A stretch of 64,000 bases of DNA from the NCBI GenBank assembly GCA_965243395.1, contig CBDEUS010000002.1:320001-384000 (forward strand), in the 5' to 3' direction. A program made the translations under genes and the position numbers. This stretch comes from Gammaproteobacteria bacterium. Its GTDB lineage: Bacteria; Pseudomonadota; Gammaproteobacteria; UBA4575. The first letter of the stretch is position 1, and each line of letters opens with the position of its first letter. The notes beneath the pieces were generated by a model. The model did no database searches. It had not been told where the DNA came from and was given only the letters and a program-made list of their open reading frames with translations. This document shows positions 21,809-32,878 of the stretch, piece by piece.

Positions 21809-22363
21809 TTATGCTGCGCGTTGCAATGCAGCTTCAACTTGTTGGCGCTTCTCATTACCCAGCAAACAAGTAATCAACTCCAAAGCAAACTCCATTGCAG
21901 TACCAGGTCCGCGTGAAGTTAACACCTGTCCATCTTGTTGCACTGCAACACCAGTAATTTCAATGTTGCTATTCTCTAAGGATTCCAGCACTCCAGGGTA
22001 TGCAGTGGCTTTTTTATTATCTAATAGCCCTGTACTGGCTAGAACTTTTGGTGCGGCACAAATAGCGGCGACATAATTTTCATCAGCAACAGTTTGTTTA
22101 AGGATGTCATGGATACGTGGATCTGCATTTAAGTAATCGGCTCCAGGTAAACCCCCTGGTAAAACCACCATGTCAAATTTCTCATTCATTATTTGATCTA
22201 AAGTGGTATCAGCTATGAGCTTAGTTCCCCGAGAAGCCGTTATGGGCGCATCATCAAGGCTAGCTGTAGTAACGTGCACTTCAGCACGTCGTAATAAATC
22301 AATAATCGTGACTGCTTCTAATTCTTCGCAGCCTTGGGCGAGAGGGACGAGTACATGTGCCAT
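21809..22363 (-). CDS. yajL: DJ-1/PfpI family glyoxalase/deglycase (YajL/ThiJ)
   Basis: EELEAV, LPGG, AICAAP, TSRGPGTA. Confidence 0.92.
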   Translation of the reverse strand: MAHVLVPLAQGCEELEAVTIIDLLRRAEVHVTTASLDDAPITASRGTKLIADTTLDQIMNEKFDMVVLPGGLPGADYLNADPRIHDILKQTVADENYVAAICAAPKVLASTGLLDNKKATAYPGVLESLENSNIEITGVAVQQDGQVLTSRGPGTAMEFALELITCLLGNEKRQQVEAALQRAA

Positions 22364-23151
22364 GATGATTTAGTTGCCTTAGCTAATCTATAAGTAGTAG
22401 CGATATCTATTAATTCACTAACAGTGACTAATTGTACCTCTTCATTACTTAGCTTAGAAAGTTCTTCTTCCAGAACCGATATCGTGCTGCCATGAGGGTG
22501 GCCTATAGCTAATGCATAACCTTTTTGTTTTGCAATTTTAATTAGTTGCTTTACTTGCTGTCTTACAAACTTTTGATCATTTGCAGTAGCATCTAAAAAT
22601 ATGTCGCGATGCAGGCTTGGGATATGATAACTAAGTGCAGTGTCTCCAGCGACCGTTTGTGCACTCGTGCGGCTATCTATAAAAAATAGATTCTCATCAC
22701 GATTGGCGATCGTTTGCATTAACCATTCCATATAATTTTCATTGCTGGTTAATAAACTACCCATATGATTATTAACTCCTCTGGCATACGGGATAGCATC
22801 AATACTTATATCGACAGTGCGAATAAATTCCTGTTTAGACATATCAGCAGTCAATGCTCCATGTCCAAGTTGTTGCGACTTCGCAGCTTGCATGGGTAAG
22901 TGCAGCATTACCTCTTTACCATGCTGATGTGCAAGCCGAGCTAACTTAATGGAATATGGTCTTGCAGGAAGAATAGAACAGGTTATTGGCAGTTCAGAAT
23001 TAATTACACGCGCACCCGATTCAAAACTGTTTCCAATATCGTCTATGATTACAGCTATAGCAGCTGGTTCAGCATGCAGACAATGAAAAGGGGCTGCAAC
23101 AAACAGCCCCATTAGCAAAATCATTAACTTTTTTTTGCAGATATGTAGCAC
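22318..23151 (-). CDS. Divergent polysaccharide deacetylase (YibQ family)
   Basis: IIDDIG, LHLPM, NNHMGS, FIDSRT, IGHP. Confidence 0.92.
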   Translation of the reverse strand: MLHICKKKLMILLMGLFVAAPFHCLHAEPAAIAVIIDDIGNSFESGARVINSELPITCSILPARPYSIKLARLAHQHGKEVMLHLPMQAAKSQQLGHGALTADMSKQEFIRTVDISIDAIPYARGVNNHMGSLLTSNENYMEWLMQTIANRDENLFFIDSRTSAQTVAGDTALSYHIPSLHRDIFLDATANDQKFVRQQVKQLIKIAKQKGYALAIGHPHGSTISVLEEELSKLSNEEVQLVTVSELIDIATTYRLAKATKSSWHMYSSLSPKAAKN

Positions 23152-23158
23152 GTATTTT

Positions 23159-24514
23159 TTAAATACTAGCCTGTTGTGTTCCTGCCATACCCTTCAATAT
23201 TTTAAGCGCTTCATCTAGAGCATAATCAGTTGCATCATCCTTACTTTGTTTTGGAATCATTACAATTGACTTGGGTTCTCTCTTGACTGGAGCTTTTTTG
23301 TTTTCATTTTCTAGATGCCCATCTAAATCCGCTTCAGAAATAATGCTCAGAGCAGATTTCTCTTCTTCTGGAGCACCTTCTACTTTCAATAGAATATCTG
23401 GAACAATGCCTTCGCTTTGAATAGAGCGGCCCGATGGTGTGTAGTAGCGAGCTGTGGTTAATTTCAATGCAGTATTATCATTCAGCGGCAAAATAGTTTG
23501 TACGGAACCTTTACCAAATGATGTAGTACCAATAACCGTTGCGCGTTCATGGTCCTGCATTGCGCCCGCAACTATTTCTGAAGCGGAAGCAGAACCTTGG
23601 TTAATCAAAACAACTAATGGCGCACCTTTAAGTGTATCGCCTGTGCTGGAATTATATTTTAATTCAGAATCTTCTACGCGCCCTTCAGTGTAAACAATGA
23701 GTTTATTATCTTTTAAGAACACATCTGATACCCCTACGGCACCGGTTAAAACACCGCCCGGGTTGTTACGCAAATCTAAAACTAAACCTTTAAGATCACC
23801 GTCATTTTTCTTTTTTAAGCTTTCTAATGCATCTAATAAGCTGCGTGTTGTTTTAGATTGAAAATTTGAAATACGTACATAGCCATAACCCGGTTCTAGT
23901 ACGCGGTTTCTAACACTACGAACACGTATGACATCACGTGTAAGTGAAATCACTAGCGGTGCATCTTCACCTTCACGCACAATAGTTAAATCAATATTGG
24001 TTCCCTTTTTACCACGCATTAATTTAACAGCTTCTTCTAAAGTTAAGCCTTTTACCGATTTTTCATCTAACTTGATAATCAAATCACCCGCTTTCACACC
24101 GGCACGGTCTGCAGGAGTGTCGTCAATAGGTGCAATAACTTTTACAAAGCCATTTTCCATACCCACTTCTATGCCTAGACCGCCAAATTCACCTGAGGTG
24201 CCAATTTGTAATTCACGAAATTGTTCTTCATCCAAATAGGAAGAATGCGGATCTAACCCTGAAAGCATGCCTCGGATTGCATTTTTCAATAAATCACTAT
24301 CGTCAACATCCGTTACATAATCTTGTTTAATGCGAGCGTACACATCGGTAAAAGTGCGCAAATCTTCAAGCGGCAATGCAGATACCGCATTTTTATCCGC
24401 CCATACATTGTGTGCCAAAGATAAACCTAGCCCAAATACCACTCCCCAGATAACACCTATGGTAAGAGGATGTTTGAATTTCATTTGCGTGCTCCTAGAA
24501 TTTTCTTGTGTCAC
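23159..24514 (-). CDS. ctpA: Carboxyl-terminal processing protease (S41)
   Basis: LDPHS, PDZ GLGIE, DLRNNPGG, SASASEIV, FGKGSVQ. Confidence 0.95.
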   Translation of the reverse strand: MTQENSRSTQMKFKHPLTIGVIWGVVFGLGLSLAHNVWADKNAVSALPLEDLRTFTDVYARIKQDYVTDVDDSDLLKNAIRGMLSGLDPHSSYLDEEQFRELQIGTSGEFGGLGIEVGMENGFVKVIAPIDDTPADRAGVKAGDLIIKLDEKSVKGLTLEEAVKLMRGKKGTNIDLTIVREGEDAPLVISLTRDVIRVRSVRNRVLEPGYGYVRISNFQSKTTRSLLDALESLKKKNDGDLKGLVLDLRNNPGGVLTGAVGVSDVFLKDNKLIVYTEGRVEDSELKYNSSTGDTLKGAPLVVLINQGSASASEIVAGAMQDHERATVIGTTSFGKGSVQTILPLNDNTALKLTTARYYTPSGRSIQSEGIVPDILLKVEGAPEEEKSALSIISEADLDGHLENENKKAPVKREPKSIVMIPKQSKDDATDYALDEALKILKGMAGTQQASI

Positions 24515-24709
24515 CAGAATATTGCTCCATTATGAAAGGATAAAATACATTCGCAACTAATTAGATCGCCATCGATGGGGAAACGTTCACGAAACTGCAT
24601 TATACATTAGTACCGATGGAGCTAATCTACGCATATCTATACATTATATGTGGGTTTGCAGGTTCATATTACAGACTGAGCCGACCACTGGTAGAAACAT
24701 GACGCGATT

Positions 24710-25918
24710 TCATTTAGAGCTGATTTTTCTGGAAGACGCTGCTTTCGAGCACCAATTTGCTGGATTCACGGGATTTCCTTGCTTTCGAACTTCAAAATAA
24801 AGTCCCGGTTTACTATTGCCGCCACTACTTCCTACAGTAGCCAAACGTTCGCCTGCATCCACCCATTCGCCAACTTGTTTGAATAAACTTTGGTTGTGGC
24901 CATAAAGACTCATAAACCCATCCCCATGATCAACAATAATAAGCAGTCCTAAACCACGCATCCACTCTGCAAATGCCACCCGACCATGATAAATACTGCG
25001 CACATTATTCCCTTCGTTACTTGGTATAAACACACCCTGCCAACTTAACTTACTACCTGCTTCATTTCTCCGTTGTCCAAATTTATTGCTAGGTTTCCCA
25101 ACTACTGGCCAATATAAGTTACCTTTAGATTTACTAAACCCTTTTCTTTGATCAATAACAGGAATATCCGCGAGTGCAGCGCGTAATTTATCAATTACGT
25201 TCTTAAGTTGTTTTTCATTACTTTCTAGATCAACAAGCTTTTGTTTTTCACTCGAAACACTTTTATTTAAAGTACTAATTGTGGTTTTACGCTTTCCTTG
25301 CGCTTGTTCCAGTGAAGATTTTTCTTCAAGCAATTTTTGTTTTGCCTGCAAGGCAACTTGTTCCTGTTGTTTAATTTTTTCGTGAACCTCAGAAACGGAA
25401 GCTAATATCTGTACCGCCTTGTCTATTTCACTTAGCCGCGCGCGATGTAAATAATCGTAGTACACCAAATCACGACCTAATTTTTCCGGTTCTTGTTGAT
25501 TAAGCAGTAATTTTAATTTCTGTTGGCCGCCGTATTGGTACTCTGAGCGTATTTGCGCATAAAGTATATGTCGATGTTTCGACAGTTGTTTTTGTAATTG
25601 ATTTTCTTCAATTTGTAAGGCTGCTATTTTATTTTGACTATTTTTGAGCTGTGCTTCAGTAGTACCAAGCTGTTGATTAAGTCTGCCTATACTCTGCTCG
25701 GATTCGCGTAATTGTTTTTCTAAGTCGCCAAGCTCGCCACGTTGTTGTTCTAATTTGTGTTGCGATTTACGAATTTGTTCTTGTACTTTAGCCAGCTTTT
25801 TTTCGGTTTCTTGTTGTGAGGGTTCTGCCAACACTGATGACGAAAGTATGATCCAGAGACAGACCCATGCCGACAGGCAAAGTACATTCCTTATATAGTA
25901 GAACCAGTCTTGCTGCAT
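24710..25918 (-). CDS. envC: Murein hydrolase activator EnvC (coiled coil + M23)
   Basis: Long coiled coil and a degenerate LytM domain (WQGV..., SLYGHN, LYFEVR). Confidence 0.92.
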   Translation of the reverse strand: MQQDWFYYIRNVLCLSAWVCLWIILSSSVLAEPSQQETEKKLAKVQEQIRKSQHKLEQQRGELGDLEKQLRESEQSIGRLNQQLGTTEAQLKNSQNKIAALQIEENQLQKQLSKHRHILYAQIRSEYQYGGQQKLKLLLNQQEPEKLGRDLVYYDYLHRARLSEIDKAVQILASVSEVHEKIKQQEQVALQAKQKLLEEKSSLEQAQGKRKTTISTLNKSVSSEKQKLVDLESNEKQLKNVIDKLRAALADIPVIDQRKGFSKSKGNLYWPVVGKPSNKFGQRRNEAGSKLSWQGVFIPSNEGNNVRSIYHGRVAFAEWMRGLGLLIIVDHGDGFMSLYGHNQSLFKQVGEWVDAGERLATVGSSGGNSKPGLYFEVRKQGNPVNPANWCSKAASSRKISSK

Positions 25919-26073
25919 ATCGTGCTAATTATACTGAGAAAGAGGCATCATTAAAGCAATAACTTATTGATTTACATAGTGTATTAATGTATTAGACATT
26001 TATAATATTAGCTTATACTATATGAGCATAAATTTGCACGGAAGCGTAAACCCATAACAACCAGGATTCTAAT

Positions 26074-26388
26074 ATGAGTATAACTGCCGACGAACTCATC
26101 TCTAAGGAAGAGGATATCGAGCAAGCTTCGCGTTCTTTAAAAGCTATGTCTCACCCATTGCGCTTAAAAATTCTTTGTGTACTAGGTGACCAAGAAGTAA
26201 GTGTGCAAGATATTGTTGATAATGTAGGCACTTCACAAAGCAATATCTCTCAACATTTAGCTATTTTACGTGACAAGGGAATATTAGCATCACGTAAAGA
26301 CGCTAATCGTGTCTATTATCGTGTAGGTGATGAACGTACGCTAAGCTTAATCAATATGATGCAACAAGTGTTTTGTTCCACTCATTAA
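26074..26388 (+). CDS. ArsR/SmtB-family transcriptional regulator
   Basis: LKAMSHPLRLKILC, SQSNISQHLAILR; two Cys as in BigR/SqrR-like proteins. Confidence 0.92.
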   Translation: MSITADELISKEEDIEQASRSLKAMSHPLRLKILCVLGDQEVSVQDIVDNVGTSQSNISQHLAILRDKGILASRKDANRVYYRVGDERTLSLINMMQQVFCSTH

Positions 26389-26430
26389 AACCCTTTCAGA
26401 TTTAACACTTTCTAAAAACACTATTCTCTG

Positions 26431-26856
26431 ATGCAAGAATATATCGAATTTGCTGGTCGGCATATGTTTTTGTTTATTGCCCTGGCTGCGGTAATAGTTT
26501 TAATTATCGTTACAGAATTAAAACGTGTCACAAAAGGTTATAAGGATGTAATGCCTGCAGAAGCTGTGAGATTAATCAATAAAGAAAATGCAATGGTCTT
26601 AGATATACGCGAATCTAATGAATTAGGCCAAGGCAGTATTATTGATGCCAAACACATAGCACTAAGTGTATTGCCTGAAAAAATAGCCAATCTTTCTAAT
26701 GATAAAGACAAACCTATTATCGTGTTTTGCAAAATGGGTAATCGTTCCGCGCAAGCCTGTAAGCTGCTTTTAAAAAACAGCTATACCAATGTATTTGGCT
26801 TAAAAGGCGGCATCACGGCATGGATTAATGATCAACTTCCAATCACTAAAAAGTAA
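26431..26856 (+). CDS. Rhodanese-domain protein (YibN-like)
   Basis: N-terminal TM, LDIRE, CKMGNRS, LKGGITAW. Confidence 0.9.
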   Translation: MQEYIEFAGRHMFLFIALAAVIVLIIVTELKRVTKGYKDVMPAEAVRLINKENAMVLDIRESNELGQGSIIDAKHIALSVLPEKIANLSNDKDKPIIVFCKMGNRSAQACKLLLKNSYTNVFGLKGGITAWINDQLPITKK

Positions 26857-26871
26857 TTCAAATATCAACTC

Positions 26872-27135
26872 ATGAACACCCCAGAAGTTACCATTTACAC
26901 AGGATATCGCTGCGCATACTGCAATGCAGCGAAACGTATGCTTGATAGTAAAAATGTTACCTATAACGAAATTAACATTAATGAAGACCAAGCCAAGGCT
27001 GAAGAAATGGTGCAACGCACGAACCGACAAACTGTTCCCCAAATATTCATTGGCGATATCCATGTCGGTGGCTTTGACGACATGGCTGAATTAAACAGTG
27101 AAGGTAAGTTAGACGAATTGTTAAATGGAGAGTAA
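26872..27135 (+). CDS. grxC: Glutaredoxin 3
   Basis: CAYC, TVPQIFI, GGFDD. Confidence 0.93.
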   Translation: MNTPEVTIYTGYRCAYCNAAKRMLDSKNVTYNEININEDQAKAEEMVQRTNRQTVPQIFIGDIHVGGFDDMAELNSEGKLDELLNGE

Positions 27136-27212
27136 TTATCCAAAAAGCATAATATAATTCAGTCACATTTATACCCGACCCTATCATTCAATCGTAGGTC
27201 AAAACACTTATC

Positions 27213-27677
27213 ATGACTGAAAAACCTGCACAAAAATTTGAAATTCAAAAGATCTATGTGAAAGATCTTTCTTTTGAAACCCCAAACTCACCGAAAATTT
27301 TCACTGAAAAATGGAATCCTAAAACGGATGTCCACATTCAAACTGAAAACAATAAATTAGACGAAAACATTCACGAGGTCACAATCATCGTCACGGTTAC
27401 GGCGAATCAAGATGAAAAAACTGCTTTTTTGGTTGAAATAAAACAAGCTGGTATATTTTTTATTGAAAATTTTCCTGAAGAACAACATAAACAACTCCTA
27501 GGTAGTTATTGCCCTAATATTCTTTTCCCTTTTGCGCGTGAAGCGATTGCTGAGCTGGTCACCAAAGGTGGATTTCCTCAGTTACTGCTTAATCCTGTTA
27601 ACTTTGATGCGCTTTATCAACAACATTTAAATGCGGTTAAAGAGCAAAAAGAAAACCCTCAACAAATAAAGCATTAA
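27213..27677 (+). CDS. secB: Protein export chaperone SecB
   Basis: IYVKDLSFETP, CPNILFPFARE, PVNFDALY. Confidence 0.97.
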   Translation: MTEKPAQKFEIQKIYVKDLSFETPNSPKIFTEKWNPKTDVHIQTENNKLDENIHEVTIIVTVTANQDEKTAFLVEIKQAGIFFIENFPEEQHKQLLGSYCPNILFPFAREAIAELVTKGGFPQLLLNPVNFDALYQQHLNAVKEQKENPQQIKH

Positions 27678-27680
27678 CTT

Positions 27681-28676
27681 ATGACTTCAGTTGCTGTACT
27701 AGGTGCTGGTTCTTGGGGCACCGCACTAGCTATTCAACTTGCAAATAATGGTCACCATGTTTGTGCATGGGATCATGATAAAGATTTAATCAATACCCTA
27801 CAAAACGATAATGAAAACAAGCGCTACCTCCCTGGAAATAAACTGCCATCCAAATTAACAGCAGTTCATGAACTTGAGGATGCGATTAAATCTGCAGATT
27901 TTATTTTATCTGTGGTACCAAGCTATGCAATGCGCTCGGCTTGCGAACAACTTATTCAGTTTCAATTTCCCAAGAAATTTATTTGGGCTACAAAAGGCTT
28001 TGAAAAACAAAGCAAAATGATGATGCACGAAGTAGTTAAAGATGTTTTGGGATCAGATATTCAAACTGCGGTAATTTCTGGACCTTCTTTTGCAAAGGAA
28101 GTAGCAGATAACTTACCTACCGCCGTAACTCTTGCATCCAATGAAATTGATTTTGCAAAAAATCTGGCCAGTTACTTTCACGGTGATAATTTCAGAGTCT
28201 ACGTAAGTGATGATGTGGTTGGTGTTGAGTTAGGTGGTACCGTTAAAAATGTATTAGCAATCGCTGCAGGCATTGTTGATGGTTTAAAATTTGGTGCAAA
28301 TGCACGCGCTGCACTAGTTACAAGAGGGCTGGCAGAGATGATGCGCCTTGGCTTGGCATTAAATGCAAACCCAAAAACGCTCATGGGCTTAGCGGGTATG
28401 GGTGATCTAGTGCTTACCTGTACCGATGACCAATCACGTAATCGCAGGCTGGGGTTAGCGTTAGCACAAGGCAAAACCGCACAGCAATATATGGAGGAAT
28501 TGGGGCAAGCAGTAGAGGGTTTTCATGCTGCTCAAGTCGTACATGAAATTGCATGTGATCAGAATGTTGAAATGCCTATTTGCGAAAAAGTTTGGAAAGT
28601 ATTAAATGGTCACTTAGAACTCAATACTGCTATCGCAGAGCTGCTGGGTCGAGATATGAAAGAAGAATTCACTTAA
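27681..28676 (+). CDS. gpsA: NAD(P)H-dependent glycerol-3-phosphate dehydrogenase
   Basis: GAGSWGTALA, SGPSFA, KNVLAIA, GDLVLTC, SRN. Confidence 0.97.
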   Translation: MTSVAVLGAGSWGTALAIQLANNGHHVCAWDHDKDLINTLQNDNENKRYLPGNKLPSKLTAVHELEDAIKSADFILSVVPSYAMRSACEQLIQFQFPKKFIWATKGFEKQSKMMMHEVVKDVLGSDIQTAVISGPSFAKEVADNLPTAVTLASNEIDFAKNLASYFHGDNFRVYVSDDVVGVELGGTVKNVLAIAAGIVDGLKFGANARAALVTRGLAEMMRLGLALNANPKTLMGLAGMGDLVLTCTDDQSRNRRLGLALAQGKTAQQYMEELGQAVEGFHAAQVVHEIACDQNVEMPICEKVWKVLNGHLELNTAIAELLGRDMKEEFT

Positions 28677-29141
28677 TTAACTTTTAAATTCATTTTGCCT
28701 CCAGGCTTCGTAGAGAATAATTCCCACTGCATTGGCTAAGTTGATACTACGTGATGATTCATGCATGGGAATGCGTAGCACATGTTTCGTGTCGTACTCT
28801 CTAAGAATAGTATCTGGCAAACCTCTGGTTTCTGGCCCAAATATGAATGTATCTTCAGCTTGAAAACCGGGCACATCATAGTTGGTATGCCCTTTAGTAG
28901 AACATGCAAAAATCCGTTTCGGTTTAAGTGAATCCAACATCGCTTGATAGCTTTGATGTTCAATAACACTAGCAAATTCATGATAATCTAAGCCGGCTCT
29001 GCGCAATTTTTTTTCATCTAATTGAAATCCTAATGGATGCACTAAATGTAAATCGCAACCCATATTGGCGCATAATCGTATAATGTTGCCGGTATTGGGT
29101 GGAATTTCCGGCTCAAATAAGACAACGTTGAACATATTCAA
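28677..29141 (-). CDS. trmL: tRNA (cytidine/uridine(34)-2'-O)-methyltransferase
   Basis: PEIPPNTGNI, RRAGLDY, FGPETRGLP, SINLAN. Confidence 0.95.
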   Translation of the reverse strand: MNMFNVVLFEPEIPPNTGNIIRLCANMGCDLHLVHPLGFQLDEKKLRRAGLDYHEFASVIEHQSYQAMLDSLKPKRIFACSTKGHTNYDVPGFQAEDTFIFGPETRGLPDTILREYDTKHVLRIPMHESSRSINLANAVGIILYEAWRQNEFKS

Positions 29142-30095
29142 ATGGTAAGTGAAAAATTACATATAGAGTTTTGTGGCTTAAAACTAAACTCCCCTTTGGT
29201 ATTGTTATCAGGTTGTGTTGGTTTTGGAGAAGAATACACACGGATTGAAGGATTCTCCAATAAAGATGTCGGAGCAGTTTGTCTAAAAGGCACCACTGCG
29301 GAGGCAAGATTTGGAAATGCACCCCACCGTATTGCTGAAACACCAGATGGAATGTTGAATGCTATTGGCTTACAAAACCCTGGTGTTGATTATGTTGTAA
29401 ATGACATTTTGCCTAAGTTAGATTTTTCCGAAACTCATTTCATTGCTAACGTTTCAGGCTCAACAGTTGAAGAATATGTTGAGGTGACACGTAAATTCGA
29501 TGATTCACCTATTAATGCCATAGAAATTAATATTTCTTGTCCAAATGTAAAAGAAGGTGGCGTAGCTTTTGGAAATGACCCCGAAATGTCAGCGCGTGTG
29601 GTTGCAGCTTGCCGTGCCGTTACAAGCAAACCTATTATTACCAAACTTTCACCCAATCAAACCGACATTAAACTCAATGCAAAACTCTGTATTGAAGCTG
29701 GAAGTGACGCCTTTGCAGTCATTAACACTGTAATGGGAATGGCGATTGATATACACAAAAAGCAACCCATTATTCATAACAACCAGGGGGGTTTATCGGG
29801 CCCTGCAATCAAACCCATTGCACTATTAAAAGTGCATGAAGTTTATCAAGTGAGTAAAGCACACAACGTTCCCATTATTGGTCAAGGCGGGGTAGTTGAT
29901 ACCGTTGATGCTATTGAATTTTTATTAGCAGGCGCCACAACGGTTGGATTAGGTACGGGACTTTTTTATGACCCGCTTTGCTGCAAAAAAATCAATCAAG
30001 GCATTATCGAATATTTAGAACAAAACAATCATCAACATGTAAATGAAATCATCGGAACATTACAAACTTATACCGATGCTTCTGGATGTGTTTGA
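29142..30095 (+). CDS. pyrD: Dihydroorotate dehydrogenase, family 1 (1B-like catalytic subunit)
   Basis: LNAIGLQNPG, EINISCPN, KLSPN, GGLSGPAIKP; no N-terminal membrane anchor. Confidence 0.92.
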   Translation: MVSEKLHIEFCGLKLNSPLVLLSGCVGFGEEYTRIEGFSNKDVGAVCLKGTTAEARFGNAPHRIAETPDGMLNAIGLQNPGVDYVVNDILPKLDFSETHFIANVSGSTVEEYVEVTRKFDDSPINAIEINISCPNVKEGGVAFGNDPEMSARVVAACRAVTSKPIITKLSPNQTDIKLNAKLCIEAGSDAFAVINTVMGMAIDIHKKQPIIHNNQGGLSGPAIKPIALLKVHEVYQVSKAHNVPIIGQGGVVDTVDAIEFLLAGATTVGLGTGLFYDPLCCKKINQGIIEYLEQNNHQHVNEIIGTLQTYTDASGCV

Positions 30096-30124
30096 TGTCT
30101 TTTTAACACTAAATAAAAGATTAA

Positions 30125-31528
30125 TCACTGAAACAAGCCTAGTTCCTGAATCTTCCTGGTTAAGGTGTTCCTTCCCCATCCAAGAAGTTTTGCAGCTTCT
30201 TGGCGTTTACCGCCAGTTTTTCGCATTGCAGTTTTAATCATAATCGCTTCAAATTCCGGTAAAGCTCGATCGAGTATCGACTCGCCTCCCTTAGATAACT
30301 CACGATCCGCCCATTCACCCAGTAATGTTTGCCAGCTTGCAATATCAGTAACAGACATTTCATCTTTTAACATTTCAGATGGTAAATCTTGCATACGAAT
30401 TTCATTGCTGGACGCCATAACCGTCAACCAACGACAAACATTTTCCAATTGACGAATATTTCCAGGCCAGGTTAGTGCACTTAAGTATTCGACAACTTCA
30501 TCAGAGATTTTTTTAGTTTCAGTCTTTAATTCTTTTGCAGAAGCCTTCATGAAGTGTTGCATGAGTGCAGGTATATCTTCTTTGCGCTCACGCAAAGGCG
30601 GTAATTGAATACGAATTACATTCAAGCGGTGAAATAAATCCTCTCGAAAATCTCCATTACGTACACGTGCTTCTAAATTTTGATGTGTAGCAGCAATAAT
30701 GCGTACATCTGCTTTGATCGGCTCGTGCCCACCTACGCGATAAAAATGCCCATCTGATAACACGCGCAATAAACGCGTTTGTAAGTCTGCGGGCATGTCT
30801 CCAATTTCATCAAGAAACAGTGTCCCGCCATGGGCCTGTTCAAACCTACCTTTGCGTTGTGATTGCGCACCCGTAAAAGCGCCTTTTTCATGACCAAATA
30901 GTTCCGACTCCAATAATTCTCTAGGTATAGCTGCCATGTTCAGAGCAATAAATGGACTTTGTGCACGCGGGCTATGATCGTGCAAAGCGTGTGAAACAAG
31001 TTCTTTACCTGTTCCGGATGCGCCATTAATTAAGACTGTAACATTAGAGTTAGACAACCTTCCTATGGCACGAAAGACTTCTTGCATTGCAGGTGATTCA
31101 CCAATTATCCCCGGCAACTCTTCGTTCGTTTCTTCTTGCGTGTCACTAGAAATTTCTTCGTTGGCCGCTAAACATGCGCGTTTTGTTAATTCCACGGCGT
31201 CATCAACATCAAAAGGCTTAGGCAAATATTCAAATGCTCCTTTTTGATACGCGCCTACAGCACTCTGTAGATCTGAATGAGCCGTCATAATAATGATGGG
31301 TAGGGCAGGATGATCTGCTTTTATTCGATCAAGAAACTCGAATCCATCCATACCCGGCATTCGCACATCAGTAAGAATCGCGGTAGGAACATTGTGTTCA
31401 AGTTCATGAATCGCAGTATTGGCAGATTCAAACGTAATAACAGGAATCTCGGCTTTTTGAAACGCGCGCTCCAACACCCAGCGCATCGCCTGATCATCAT
31501 CAATTACCCAAACTTTATTTTCTCTCAT
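30125..31528 (-). CDS. ntrC: Nitrogen regulation response regulator NtrC
   Basis: REC domain, [26 protein letters not shown]. Confidence 0.97.
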   Translation of the reverse strand: MRENKVWVIDDDQAMRWVLERAFQKAEIPVITFESANTAIHELEHNVPTAILTDVRMPGMDGFEFLDRIKADHPALPIIIMTAHSDLQSAVGAYQKGAFEYLPKPFDVDDAVELTKRACLAANEEISSDTQEETNEELPGIIGESPAMQEVFRAIGRLSNSNVTVLINGASGTGKELVSHALHDHSPRAQSPFIALNMAAIPRELLESELFGHEKGAFTGAQSQRKGRFEQAHGGTLFLDEIGDMPADLQTRLLRVLSDGHFYRVGGHEPIKADVRIIAATHQNLEARVRNGDFREDLFHRLNVIRIQLPPLRERKEDIPALMQHFMKASAKELKTETKKISDEVVEYLSALTWPGNIRQLENVCRWLTVMASSNEIRMQDLPSEMLKDEMSVTDIASWQTLLGEWADRELSKGGESILDRALPEFEAIMIKTAMRKTGGKRQEAAKLLGWGRNTLTRKIQELGLFQ

Positions 31529-31537
31529 AACTGTTCT

Positions 31538-32680
31538 TTATTTTTTTACTTTAAAATTATTTTCACTATTTAGTGGAAGTAATACTCGAAATTCTGTACG
31601 TCCAACAGTTGAATCAAACTCGATTAGACCATCATGTAAATTCACTAAATTTTGTGATATTGGAAGACCTAATCCTGAGCCATTCTGACTTCCTGAAACC
31701 ATGGGGAAAAATATTTGCGGTTTTAATTCTTCTTTGATTCCCATACCGTTATCAATCACGCTCACTTCTATTACTAAACGATGCATAACATCGCCAATAG
31801 TGTATTGACGCAATACTCGTGTTTTTAAAGTAACTTCTCCAGGCTCAGTGTCATTTGTATTTACTGCACACACTGCATTACGCACAATATTTAGAATAGC
31901 CTGGACGAGTAAATCACGATCCGCATGAATTTCTGGAATGCTGGGATCGTAATCAACTTTGAACTTAACACCTGTAGGGGTTTCAGCCAGCGCTAGGTGG
32001 CGAATATGTTCCAATACGTTATGTACATTGAGCAGTTTTTTTACTGGCGTGATATTTGGTCCAAACATACGATCAACTAATTTTCTCAAGCGATCGGCTT
32101 CATTAATTATGACATCGGTGTATTCGGTCAAATTTCCATCGTTTAGTTCACCTGCTAATAATTGTGCGGCGCCACGTAATCCACCCAAGGGATTTTTAAT
32201 TTCATGCGCCAAACCTCGCAACATATTTTGTGTAGCTTGAGTTTCCGACAATAAGTGTTCTTCACGACTAATGCGTACCATACGATCCACTTGAGTCACT
32301 TCTAACATGCAAATATTTTGTTCATCTTTTGCAAGCATAGGCGTGATGACACAATCTATGGTGAGCACACTATTATTAAAACGTTTTATTTCAACTTCGC
32401 GTTGCGTCATTGGATGGCTGGTTTGCACGCAAGTTTTAATATTATTAATCAGCTGACCTTCAGCATCGTGAATAAAATCTGTTATGGATTTGTCTAGCGC
32501 ATGGCGTATACCCGTACCCACGACTTCTTCTGCGGCTGGATTTAAATACTTCACATGCAGGTTTTCATCGACCAAAAACACTGCCATGGCTAGATTATCT
32601 AAAATCCGTTTATGTTCAGAAGCGTGCATAAGCGCAGGTATGTCCCCGAAAATATTCGTAAGTGTGTTCGTCATAATCAA
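31538..32680 (-). CDS. ntrB: Nitrogen regulation sensor kinase NtrB
   Basis: PAS domain, LAHEIKNPLGGLRGAAQLL, YDPSIP, GSGLGL. Confidence 0.96.
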   Translation of the reverse strand: MIMTNTLTNIFGDIPALMHASEHKRILDNLAMAVFLVDENLHVKYLNPAAEEVVGTGIRHALDKSITDFIHDAEGQLINNIKTCVQTSHPMTQREVEIKRFNNSVLTIDCVITPMLAKDEQNICMLEVTQVDRMVRISREEHLLSETQATQNMLRGLAHEIKNPLGGLRGAAQLLAGELNDGNLTEYTDVIINEADRLRKLVDRMFGPNITPVKKLLNVHNVLEHIRHLALAETPTGVKFKVDYDPSIPEIHADRDLLVQAILNIVRNAVCAVNTNDTEPGEVTLKTRVLRQYTIGDVMHRLVIEVSVIDNGMGIKEELKPQIFFPMVSGSQNGSGLGLPISQNLVNLHDGLIEFDSTVGRTEFRVLLPLNSENNFKVKK

Positions 32681-32772
32681 TCCTTACTATTGGTTTGCAA
32701 TAATTGATCCAATAGCTTAGGTAGTTATTGATATGTAAAATCAATGACTTAACAGATATGTGCAATTTTACA

Positions 32773-32789
32773 TGCACTATTATAGTGCA
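32773..32789. promoter_or_regulatory. NtrC-binding site upstream of ntrBC
   Basis: TGCACTATTATAGTGCA palindrome matches TGCAC-N7-GTGCA; a weaker site lies at 32815-32831. Confidence 0.8.
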
Positions 32790-32878
32790 TTTCGATAAAA
32801 ATTATTGTGCAGCATGCACTATTCTAGGGCTTTTCTATCTATTTTGCCCTAAAACTAATCAAAGAATTTAAGATTTTG

